Positions 55,185 through 64,000 of a stretch of 64,000 nt of DNA are shown here, piece by piece. The DNA lies in NCBI GenBank assembly GCA_965215275.1, contig OZ244044.1:640001-704000 (forward strand). Reading direction: 5' to 3'. The translations under genes and the position numbers were made by a program. The notes under the pieces were generated by a model. The model worked only from the letters and a program-made list of their open reading frames with translations, was not told the origin of the DNA and searched no databases. The stretch's first letter is position 1; the number at the start of each line of letters is the position of its first letter. The DNA comes from Thermodesulfobacteriota bacterium (lineage in GTDB: Bacteria; Desulfobacterota_D; UBA1144; Nemesobacterales; JAJCZQ01).

Positions 55185-58093
55185 TCCGGCTGTTCATATT
55201 CATCCACGGGAGGACAGGTACATACAAGGTTCCTGTCTCCAAAAGCGTTATCAACCCTGCCCACGGACGACCAGAACTTGTTCCTGAGAAGGTACGTAAG
55301 CGGATAACAGGCTTTCTCCCTGGAGTATTCATAGCTCCACTCTGACAGAACGGCGTCACCTATCGTATGCGGCGAGTTCTTCAGTACGTTGTTTTCCTTT
55401 GAAAATTCCCCCCTCTCTACTTCCCTGATCTCTTTTCTTATCTCTATCAAAGCGTCACAAAATCTGTCCAGTTCCTCCTTGGATTCACTTTCGGTCGGTT
55501 CGATCATTAACGTTCCGGGCACGGGCCATGACATCGTCGGAGCATGAAATCCGTAGTCTATCAGCCTCTTGGCTATATCTTCAACATCAACGTCACAGGT
55601 TTTTTTAAAACCCCTGAGATCCAGTATGAACTCATGTGCGACCCTTCCGTTCTCCCCTTCATAAAGCACGGGATAGTACTTTGCAAGTCTGGACTTAAGG
55701 TAGTTCGCGTTCAGGATGGCGTACTTGGTAGCCTCCGTTACACCGGCTGCCCCGAGCAGTCTGATATAAGCGTAGGAAATAAGTAAAATACTTGCACTTC
55801 CCCACGGAGACGAACTGACCGCGAACGTCGCACTCTCACCCGTTCCGTTATCAACTACGGGATGTCCGGGAAGAAATGGAGAAAGGTGTCTGGCCACGCA
55901 TATCGGTCCCATACCCGGGCCTCCGCCACCGTGCGGGATACTGAAGGTCTTATGCAGATTTATATGACAGACGTCCGCTCCTATGATGGAAGGATTGGTC
56001 AGACCGACCTGAGCGTTCAGATTTGCACCGTCCATGTAAACCTGTCCGCCACTTTCATGAACTAGGTCACATATCTCTTTTATCCTTGTTTCAAAAACGC
56101 CATGAGTGGAAGGATAGGTGATCATTATTGCAGAAAGATCATCCTTATACCTGCTGCATTTTGACTTCAGGTCGTCAAAATCTATATTGCCGTGCGGGTC
56201 GCACTTTATCACCACGACCTTCATTCCCGCCATCACGGCACTGGCAGGATTAGTACCATGAGCGGAAAACGGTACAAATACCACGTCCCTGCCGGTCTGG
56301 TCAAGGCTGTGATGATATGCTCTTATTACGGTCAGTCCCGCGTACTCTCCCTGAGAGCCGGAATTTGGCTGCAGGGAAACGGCATCAAATCCTGAAATTT
56401 CACACAGAAAATGCTCCAGTTCATCAAATACCTCTCTATACCCCAACGCCTGATCCAGCGGAACGAACGGATGGACCTCGCCAAATTCAGGCCAGCTTAC
56501 CGGTATCATCTCTGTCGTGGCGTTCAGTTTCATCGTACACGAACCAAGCGGGATCATGGAATGTGCCAGTGACAGGTCCTTGTTCTCCAGGCTCTTTATA
56601 TATCTGAGCATCTTTGTCTCGGACCGGTTGACGTTAAACACGGGATGAACCAAAAAGCCGGACGTACGGGTCAGTTTTTCAGGTAAGTGCACGGCTGAAT
56701 TCGAACTGTAAAGGTCTTTTACGCCGTCAGTACCACTGGCCGAGGCAAAAACGTTCACTATATTTAAAACATCATCGTCCGTTGTCGTTTCATCCAGAGA
56801 TATATAGACCTCTTTTTTGCCGTACCTGAAGTTAATGCTTTCAGACAGTGCCTCTTTACGTAACGCTTTTATAAATACCCCTTCCCTGCCTGACAGATCT
56901 ATACGCAAGGTATCAAAATAGCTTTTGTTCAGCTGATCAAATCCGAGCTTTTTAAGTTCCTGCTCAAGGGTCGATGTTCGTCTGTGAATGCAAAGTGCCG
57001 TGTTCTTAAGTCCTTCTGGACCATGATACACGCAGTACATGCCTGCCATTACGGCAAGTAACGCCTGGGCGGTGCAGATATTTGAAGTGGCCTTCTCTCT
57101 CCTTATATGCTGCTCACGGGTCTGTAAGGACATCCTGTATGCTTTTTTCCCCTTTCTGTCGACCGAAGCACCTATTATCCTTCCGGGAACACTTCTCTTA
57201 AATTCGTCCCTTGTGGCGAAATAGGCCGCATGGGGACCTCCGTAGCCAGCCGGAACCCCAAGCCTCTGAGTGGACCCAACAACGATATCCGCTCCGGACT
57301 CTCCCGGGGGCTTTAATAACGCAAGGCTCATAATATCCGCCGCAACGACCGCCAGAGCGCCCTGATCGTGCAGTTTTTCAATAAAACCGCCCATATCGTA
57401 CACGTTTCCGTCCCCGTCCGGGTATTGCAGAAGGGCACCAAAGGTACCGAGGGATATATCTGCCTTGTTAAGGTCTCCGATCTCAAGCTCTATTCCCAGC
57501 GGCTCCGACCTTGACCTCAGAACGTCAATGGTCTGAGGAAAGCATTTTTCAGAAACGAAAAACCTGTTCGCACCACTTTTAACAAGTGCTTTTTCACGAA
57601 GTCTGTAAGCCATCGTCATAGCTTCAGCTGCGGCATTTCCTTCATCAAGCAAAGAGGAATTCGCGATCTCCATACCCGTCAGGTCGCATACCGCAGTCTG
57701 AAAGTTCAGAAGTGCCTCCAGTCTGCCCTGTGATATTTCGGCCTGATAAGGAGTGTACTGCGTGTACCAGCCTGGGTTTTCCAGAACGTTCCTCAGGATC
57801 ACGGGCGGAACGATACAGCCGTAATAACCAAGCCCTATATAAGACTTGAACAGGAGATTTTTTCCCGCGACCTCTCTTATGTGCTTTATATACTCATGTT
57901 CCGATAAGGCAGCGGGCAGATCAAGTTCATCAGTGGTCCTGATATCGGAAGGTATGGTCTGTGCAACCAGTTCGTCCAGGGAATCAACGTTCAGCACCTC
58001 AAGCATCTGCCTGGTCTCATCCTCTGAAACACCTATATGCCTCAGTATAAACTCACTATCTGAATACTCCTGCATGATAAAATACTGCTTCAC
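55181..58093 (-). CDS. gcvP: Glycine dehydrogenase (P protein)
   Basis: '[14 protein letters not shown]', 'ATSNICTAQ', 'HINLHKTF', 'PHGGGGPG'. Confidence 0.97.
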   Translation of the reverse strand: MKQYFIMQEYSDSEFILRHIGVSEDETRQMLEVLNVDSLDELVAQTIPSDIRTTDELDLPAALSEHEYIKHIREVAGKNLLFKSYIGLGYYGCIVPPVILRNVLENPGWYTQYTPYQAEISQGRLEALLNFQTAVCDLTGMEIANSSLLDEGNAAAEAMTMAYRLREKALVKSGANRFFVSEKCFPQTIDVLRSRSEPLGIELEIGDLNKADISLGTFGALLQYPDGDGNVYDMGGFIEKLHDQGALAVVAADIMSLALLKPPGESGADIVVGSTQRLGVPAGYGGPHAAYFATRDEFKRSVPGRIIGASVDRKGKKAYRMSLQTREQHIRREKATSNICTAQALLAVMAGMYCVYHGPEGLKNTALCIHRRTSTLEQELKKLGFDQLNKSYFDTLRIDLSGREGVFIKALRKEALSESINFRYGKKEVYISLDETTTDDDVLNIVNVFASASGTDGVKDLYSSNSAVHLPEKLTRTSGFLVHPVFNVNRSETKMLRYIKSLENKDLSLAHSMIPLGSCTMKLNATTEMIPVSWPEFGEVHPFVPLDQALGYREVFDELEHFLCEISGFDAVSLQPNSGSQGEYAGLTVIRAYHHSLDQTGRDVVFVPFSAHGTNPASAVMAGMKVVVIKCDPHGNIDFDDLKSKCSRYKDDLSAIMITYPSTHGVFETRIKEICDLVHESGGQVYMDGANLNAQVGLTNPSIIGADVCHINLHKTFSIPHGGGGPGMGPICVARHLSPFLPGHPVVDNGTGESATFAVSSSPWGSASILLISYAYIRLLGAAGVTEATKYAILNANYLKSRLAKYYPVLYEGENGRVAHEFILDLRGFKKTCDVDVEDIAKRLIDYGFHAPTMSWPVPGTLMIEPTESESKEELDRFCDALIEIRKEIREVERGEFSKENNVLKNSPHTIGDAVLSEWSYEYSREKACYPLTYLLRNKFWSSVGRVDNAFGDRNLVCTCPPVDEYEQPD

Positions 58094-58485
58094 TCGTCCA
58101 TTTCGCTCTCAACAAGACCGATGTAACGTTCACAGCTAAGAAGGTCCTTCAGTTCGTCCTCGTCGTTCATTTTGATCCTGACTATCCACCCGTTTCCATA
58201 TGGGTCTTCATTTATCGTTTCAGGCGATGCTGAAAGTTCATCGTTCACTTCAACTATCTCGCCAGATACCGGAGAATATATATCCGATACTGATTTAGTT
58301 GACTCCACGGCACCAAATGAATCACCTTTCACCGCTCCATCGCCCTCATCAGGTAACTCAATAAAAACTATCTCACCCAAAGCTTCCTGTGCGTAATCGG
58401 TAATACCGATCTCCACACTGTCCCCCCTGGTTCTAACCCACTCGTGATTTTCCGTATATTTTAAATCATCAGGAACGTGAGACAT
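58090..58485 (-). CDS. gcvH: Glycine cleavage system H protein
   Basis: '[11 protein letters not shown]', lipoyl 'VESTKSVSD', 'DPYGNGW'. Confidence 0.96.
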   Translation of the reverse strand: MSHVPDDLKYTENHEWVRTRGDSVEIGITDYAQEALGEIVFIELPDEGDGAVKGDSFGAVESTKSVSDIYSPVSGEIVEVNDELSASPETINEDPYGNGWIVRIKMNDEDELKDLLSCERYIGLVESEMDE

Positions 58486-58506
58486 ATAACTTACCTCCTT
58501 AAAAGC

Positions 58507-59601
58507 CTATTTCCTGTAAAAGGGTATTGGCACTACTTTAGCTGATCTCTTCTTACCTCTTATATCCACTGATAATACGTCTTTTTTCACGTTTTTCGGA
58601 TCTATCATACCGAGTCCAATGGATCTTTTCAGGCTCGGGGAAAATGTACCACTTGTAACGTATCCTACAACACTGTTTTCGGAGTAGATCTCATACCCCT
58701 TTCTTGGAATGGCCCTGTCTGTCATTTCGAATGTCACTAATTTTTTCTTAAGACCGGCTTTTATATATTTTTCCAGGCTCTCCCGTCCTATGAACGACCC
58801 TTTGTTCAGCTTTACGTATCTTTGCAGTCCAGCTTCCAGGGGATTTATGCTCTCACCTATCTCGCAGCCATAAAGACTATACCCCATCTCGATCCTCAGA
58901 GTATCCCTTGATCCCAGACCGCAGGGCAGAAAACCGGTCCCACCAGCCTCTTCTAATATACTGTTCCATAATTCAGGTCCCCTATCCCAGGGAAGATATA
59001 TCTCAAAGCCGTCCTCCCCGGTATATCCGGTTCTTGAAACAAGGACTTCCCGACCATTTAGCCGGACCTTTTCAAAATGGAACGTTCTGATCGACGTCAC
59101 TTCACTTCCAAAGATACTTTCCATTATATTGACCGACCCCGGACCCTGGAGTGCAAGCTGTGAATACAGGCAACTGACGTTATCGACCTTCACGTCAAAA
59201 CCGCCTCTGTTCTCAAGCATCCAGTTAAAATCCTTGTCCGTGTTCGAAGCGTTAACGCAAAAAAAGAACTCATCGTTACTTATTTTATATATCAGCAGAT
59301 CATCTATAACTCCGCCGTCGTTATTGCACATCAGCGAATACTGTGCCTGCCCGTCCCTGATCCTGCTCAGATCATTGGTGGATAAAAACTGACAGAAGCT
59401 CAAAGCATCCTTTCCCCTGACCAGTATCTCTCCCATATGACTGACATCGAACAATCCTGCATACTTCCTGACTGCCAGATGCTCTTCTATTATCCCGGAG
59501 TACGAAACCGGCATTTGCCATCCGGCAAAATCAACGATCTTTGCGTTGCTTGACACGTGGATACTGTAAATAGCGGTTTTTCTCATTGAAGGATCAGGCA
59601 C
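58507..59601 (-). CDS. gcvT: Aminomethyltransferase (T protein)
   Basis: 'GLFDVSHMG', 'SRTGYTGEDGFE', 'RDTLRIEMG'. Confidence 0.96.
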   Translation of the reverse strand: MPDPSMRKTAIYSIHVSSNAKIVDFAGWQMPVSYSGIIEEHLAVRKYAGLFDVSHMGEILVRGKDALSFCQFLSTNDLSRIRDGQAQYSLMCNNDGGVIDDLLIYKISNDEFFFCVNASNTDKDFNWMLENRGGFDVKVDNVSCLYSQLALQGPGSVNIMESIFGSEVTSIRTFHFEKVRLNGREVLVSRTGYTGEDGFEIYLPWDRGPELWNSILEEAGGTGFLPCGLGSRDTLRIEMGYSLYGCEIGESINPLEAGLQRYVKLNKGSFIGRESLEKYIKAGLKKKLVTFEMTDRAIPRKGYEIYSENSVVGYVTSGTFSPSLKRSIGLGMIDPKNVKKDVLSVDIRGKKRSAKVVPIPFYRK

Positions 59602-59670
59602 TCACCAGTTATACAGGTTCGTTCAGAAAAAAAGTATAATACATTAAACACCTTTAATTGAAAATAACGG

Positions 59671-60537
59671 CTAACTCAGATAAAGGAAAATAAGGGTCAG
59701 ATAGTAAGCAGCGGGAAATACAAAAAAGAAACTGTCGAATCTGTCCAGGATCCCTCCATGTCCAGGGACAATGCCACCAGAATCCTTAACTGCCGCCCCC
59801 CTCTTCAGTGCAGATTCGACCAGATCACCAAACATAGCCGTTATTCCTATCAGTAACCCGTAGATCACGCACCATTGCCAGCTCAGCGGGTCTGAGAAAA
59901 AGCCGTTGATAAGTAACGCACCTACCACTGATAATAAAACCCCACCTACTGTACCTTCCACCGTTTTGCCCGGGCTTATGGTCGAAGAAAGCTTGTTCCT
60001 TCCAAATTTCTTACCTATAAAGAAAGCACCCGTATCATTAACGAAAGTGCATCCATAAACGATCACGAGAAAGAAAAAACCGGGGTCACGCAGACCATCC
60101 AGAAGCCTTACGGCATTTTCATCAAACCCTATATTGCGTATTAATATCCCATGGCCTAGGAACCACCCGAAATACATCACTGGAAAAACAGATGACCCGG
60201 CCACCTGTGAGAAATTTGAAACGTTATCGGAACTTAAATTAGAAGCTACGGTAAACACGACGACCAGCGTAAAAAGCATCATAAAGGCGACCGGATGAAT
60301 AAACGCCCCCGCGGCGATCAGTAGAGAACCCAGTAAAACAACGTTAAAGTTCGGTTTTTTCTTGTGATTTTTTATAAGTTCAAAATACTCTATTATTCCA
60401 AGAACTGTTAAAATGGATATGAAAAAGAAAAACACGACCTCGTCCAGGTAGGAAACAATGAGTATAACGGGCACGCCTACAAGGGAAGTGATCAGTCTCT
60501 GTATTAAGTTTTTCATATTTGAAGCCTGTAATTTCAT
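59671..60537 (-). CDS. cdsA: Phosphatidate cytidylyltransferase
   Basis: 'DTGAFFIG', 'ISPGKTVEG', 'KDSGGIVPGHGGILDRFDS'. Confidence 0.95.
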   Translation of the reverse strand: MKLQASNMKNLIQRLITSLVGVPVILIVSYLDEVVFFFFISILTVLGIIEYFELIKNHKKKPNFNVVLLGSLLIAAGAFIHPVAFMMLFTLVVVFTVASNLSSDNVSNFSQVAGSSVFPVMYFGWFLGHGILIRNIGFDENAVRLLDGLRDPGFFFLVIVYGCTFVNDTGAFFIGKKFGRNKLSSTISPGKTVEGTVGGVLLSVVGALLINGFFSDPLSWQWCVIYGLLIGITAMFGDLVESALKRGAAVKDSGGIVPGHGGILDRFDSFFFVFPAAYYLTLIFLYLS

Positions 60538-60561
60538 AATCTATAATTCTGTTTTTTTCAA

Positions 60562-61311
60562 ATGAGTACAACTAAAGTTTATTCACCCGTCCAGAACAGA
60601 CCTATGTCAGTTGCGGTTTTACTGTCCGGTTCGGGACGCAATTTTGAAGCACTTTACAGAAAGCAGACAGAGCTTTACAAACAGAATATCAAGTCTGCAA
60701 AGATCGACCTGGTATTTTCAAACGTTCCGGAATGCAGAGGTATAATAACGGCCAAGGAACTGGGCATTAAGACAGCGGTATTAAGTTCGAAACAGTTCTT
60801 TGGATCACTTGGAAAACCAGTTGACGATGAAGGTTCAAGAAAACTGTACGACATTGAAGCAATAAAGCTGATCGAAGATAACTCCACACCCGACCTGATC
60901 GTACTGGCCGGATACAGGAGAAAACTGAGCAGCGTTTTCTATCAAAGATTTAAAAATGCAGTTATTAACATGTATCCCGGGGACATAACAAAAAATTATC
61001 TGATCCGTGGCGTGCCAGCGGCAGTTCAGGGAATCAGGAACAAGGATACTGAAATAAGATGCACGGTATATATCGATCAGGAAGATCAAAGGTTCGGGTC
61101 TGCGGTAGCACAGTCAAAACCTGTTTCTCTGGAGAAATACAGCGAAAGGGACATTGAAGACCTGAACTATAAAATAAGAGCAGAAGCTGAATGGGTCACC
61201 CTGCCGATTGTGGTCTTTGACCTTATCTCCCAAGGAAGAATATCTACCGATAACAGTGGCAAGGTATATATGGACAAAAAACTTCTTCCAAAGACGGGCT
61301 ATCGGTTATAG
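60562..61311 (+). CDS. PurN-like formyltransferase-fold protein (atypical active site)
   Basis: 'AVLLSGSGRNFEAL', 'DLIVLAGY', but 'INMYP' in place of INIHP. Confidence 0.7.
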   Translation: MSTTKVYSPVQNRPMSVAVLLSGSGRNFEALYRKQTELYKQNIKSAKIDLVFSNVPECRGIITAKELGIKTAVLSSKQFFGSLGKPVDDEGSRKLYDIEAIKLIEDNSTPDLIVLAGYRRKLSSVFYQRFKNAVINMYPGDITKNYLIRGVPAAVQGIRNKDTEIRCTVYIDQEDQRFGSAVAQSKPVSLEKYSERDIEDLNYKIRAEAEWVTLPIVVFDLISQGRISTDNSGKVYMDKKLLPKTGYRL

Positions 61312-61450
61312 ACGGGTCAGTATTTTTACGGTAAGACCGGATAAAAAATCCACAGTAATTCAGACGAATTTTAATCCTTTCATCTAAATTAAGGGGAATT
61401 ATATATTTAACTGTGCGAAAATAAAATATAGCCTTTGTATATTTATACAC

Positions 61451-61480
61451 TTGACATTCATTAATAATACAAAGTAAAAT
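61451..61480 (+). promoter_or_regulatory. Sigma70-like promoter of S8 paralog 5
   Basis: TTGACA (61451-61456), 18 nt, TAAAAT (61475-61480); ATG at 61490. Confidence 0.65.
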
Positions 61481-61489
61481 AAAAAGGTT

Positions 61490-63971
61490 ATGAACATTTT
61501 ATTTAGAATATCCCCCCCCCCACCATAAATTATTAATTCCCTTTTTCTTTTTTCTGTGCCTTGTAAACGTTAGTGCATATGGTCAGACCAGCATTAATAA
61601 CTGTGACTCCAGTGCAACGACCGAAGCTACGTTGAGAGTAGCCGGAAGTACACGTAGTGGAAGTTTAGCTGCCGGTTCTGGTCCGCATTACTTTCGGACA
61701 AACATAAATGAAGATCTTATTGTAGATATAAAGGCAAATTTCCCCTTCTCCAATGATCTGGGATACAGCTTACAGTTATGTGACAGCAATGATGGTCTGA
61801 TAGCAAGTACTGCTGAAGTGACTTTGTCAGGTAACGCAGCAACGGCCACTCTACAAACCCGCCTCAGAACGGGAACGTACTATATAGTTGTAGGAAGCAG
61901 TGGTGCTACATCCTATACAGTTCAAGTTCTATTAGCTGATTCTAGTGAACTCTTTGAGATCTGTCAAATTATCACTACCAATTTTCCAAATGATCCCTTA
62001 TACGGCTGTCAGTGGTATCTGAAACGTCCAGCAGTTGATGTGCAAGTAAGTGGCGAGCTGATATTCCAAACCTCTGGAGAAGATATAGATATAAACATAG
62101 AAGAGGTCTGGGATGATAGTGTATTTGGAGCTGAGATTAACGTAGCGGTTGTAGATCATGGCATGGACACAGATCATGAGGACCTTGCTGATAACGTAGA
62201 TACCACCCTTTCTCATGATTACTCAGGAAGCGGTGATCTGTACAGTCCTTTCAGTGGTCGTGGTACACGTGTAGCTGGCATTATAGCAGCAGTGGGTGAT
62301 AACAGCCTTGGAGTAAGAGGTGTAGCACCACAGGCAAACATCTACAGTTATAATTTAGCTGGTAACTTCAGTGATGCTAATGCAAAGGACGCCATGATCC
62401 GTAATATGGATACAACGGCTGTATCGGTCAACAACTGGGGACCGAAGGACCTGCCGGTTCTTACAGAGGCTTCATCAGAGTGGGAAGAAGGAGTGAGAAC
62501 TGGTATAAGAGAAGGGTTTGGTGGTAAAGGAGTATTTTACGTATGGGCGGCAGGGGACGGACATGAAGGATCAGATCAGGCTAATTTTGATGAGTATTCC
62601 AACTATTACGCTGTAACTACCGTATGTTCAGCAGAGATCAGTAATATTACAGGCAATAACAATATTATTAAGAGTTCTTTTTCAGAAGAGGGGTTCAATC
62701 TGTGGGTATGTGCACCGGGTTCTGATATTGTAACTACCAACAATAACGACGGTTATACTTTTGAGTTCCCTGGAACTTCAAATTCAGCTGCGGTCGTTTC
62801 AGGGATAGCAGCACTGATTAGAGAGGTAAACAGTGATCTCAGCTGGCGGGACCTGAAACTGATACTGGCAGGTTCAGCCAGTCATGACATACAGTTAGGT
62901 TTTACCGACACAGCCTGGAGACCAGTAGCATTTAAATACGGTTCTGATTCAGAACGTTATCGTCACAATCCAAAGTTCGGTTTTGGCATGGCAGACGCTG
63001 CTGCGGCAGCAGAACTTGCAGGAAGCTGGACCAATGTTCCACCGCCAATGAGACCTCTGACGGTTTCCTCGGGTAATATCGATACAGTTATCCCGGACTT
63101 CACAACGGGAGAAGACGTTTCCGATGTTTTCACACTGACAGTACCTGATATTGATATACCAGGTACTGAGGTCTTTACGGAATTTATAGAGATAGGTATC
63201 AATTTCACTCACCCTTTCTTTCCTTTTTTAGATATAGAAATAACTTCCCCTGACGGTACCGTATCAAAACTTGTTGAGGCATATCCAGCAGACGCAATAT
63301 CACATTTATCTGACAGATCTGTTACTGTAAACGACTTTAAGTACACGGGCAGAGAGCACCGTTTTGGTTTAGCCAATCACCTGGGAACAGACCCTGCCGG
63401 AGAGTGGACTTTGAAAATAACTAATAATTCACCTTCAGGTACGGGGACCTTACACTCATGGAACATTAAGGTCTATGGTCATATGTCTGGGGATACACCT
63501 ACGTTTAACAGCTGGACTATACCAGATAAGAACTACGTGCCAGGAATTGCAGTAAAGGAAACACTGCCTGAGGCAACAGCAGGGAATGGAGAATTAACCT
63601 ACAGCCTTTCCCCTCTTTCTTTACCTGTTGGACTTACTTTCAGTGAAACTGACAGAGTGATCAGCGGAACACCAACTGCTGTATCTTCCGGCAGTTATAC
63701 ATATACGGTAACGGATGAAGATGGAGATACGGACGAACTCATCTTTACCATCAGGGTAACGACTACGCCACCAGGACCGACAGACCCACCAACAACAGGA
63801 CCACCGACACGAAGACCGACATCATCAGGTACAGGCGGAGGTGGAGGAGGATGTGCGGTCTCCGATCAGAACGAAGCTGCTTCTGATCTGCTCACAGCAT
63901 TGGCATCTCTGATGCTTATACCTGTATCCGTTGTGATAAGAAGAAAGATAAGGTCTCGGATAAAGACATAG
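61490..63971 (+). CDS. S8 paralog 5: His-less pseudo-peptidase + P-domain + 1 Ig repeat + GGGGC-CTERM; frameshifted at poly-C (main ORF 61632-63971)
   Basis: Close copy of paralog 4 (VVDHG / GRGT / AGDG / GTS). C9 gives MNILFRISPPHHKLLIPFFFFLCLVNVSAYGQ. Ends GGGGGGCAVS-TM-RRKIRSRIKT. Confidence 0.87.
61512..61521 (+). repeat. Poly-C tract (C10) in the paralog-5 signal peptide
   Basis: Read directly; C9 or C12 restores the frame. Confidence 0.9.
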
Positions 63972-64000
63972 CAATGCGGTATTTTCCAAGCGTTGAACTA

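Overview
Bacterial chromosomal window. The gene content looks delta-proteobacterial/Desulfobacterota-like and possibly host-associated, but that placement is an inference only. A backbone of housekeeping genes (fbaB, acyP, rsmA, dacB, polA, ffh-rpsP-khpA-rimM-trmD-rplS, truA, leuB, mfd, SurA-like PPIase, gcvT-gcvH-gcvP, cdsA) is punctuated by five dispersed paralogs of one surface-protein family. Each paralog has a signal peptide, a kexin/subtilisin S8 domain, a P-domain, 1-8 putative Ig repeats and a C-terminal GGGGC-TM-RRK sorting signal. Four paralogs have lost catalytic residues and carry poly-C tracts in the signal-peptide coding region that put them out of frame. The single catalytically intact copy has an internal in-frame C17 tract and a 1-nt frameshift in its stalk. 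A CPBP/CAAX-type intramembrane protease, a candidate sortase for the Cys-containing signal, sits next to one paralog. A complete IS1595-family element (25-bp TIRs, 8-bp TSD) is inserted exactly in the stop codon of paralog 4. It carries a DNA methyltransferase-HNH fusion switched OFF by a (GCAGA)32 repeat, i.e. a candidate mobile phasevarion. Other accessory features are a decayed type I R-M locus, HEPN-MNT and YefM-YoeB toxin-antitoxin pairs, a PD-(D/E)XK nuclease inside a MoxR-VWA operon, an orphan PAPS-reductase-like gene, and a Pol I with a degenerate proofreading site. No rRNA, tRNA or CRISPR array was seen. Homopolymer-length calls could be sequencing artefacts and need read-level checking.
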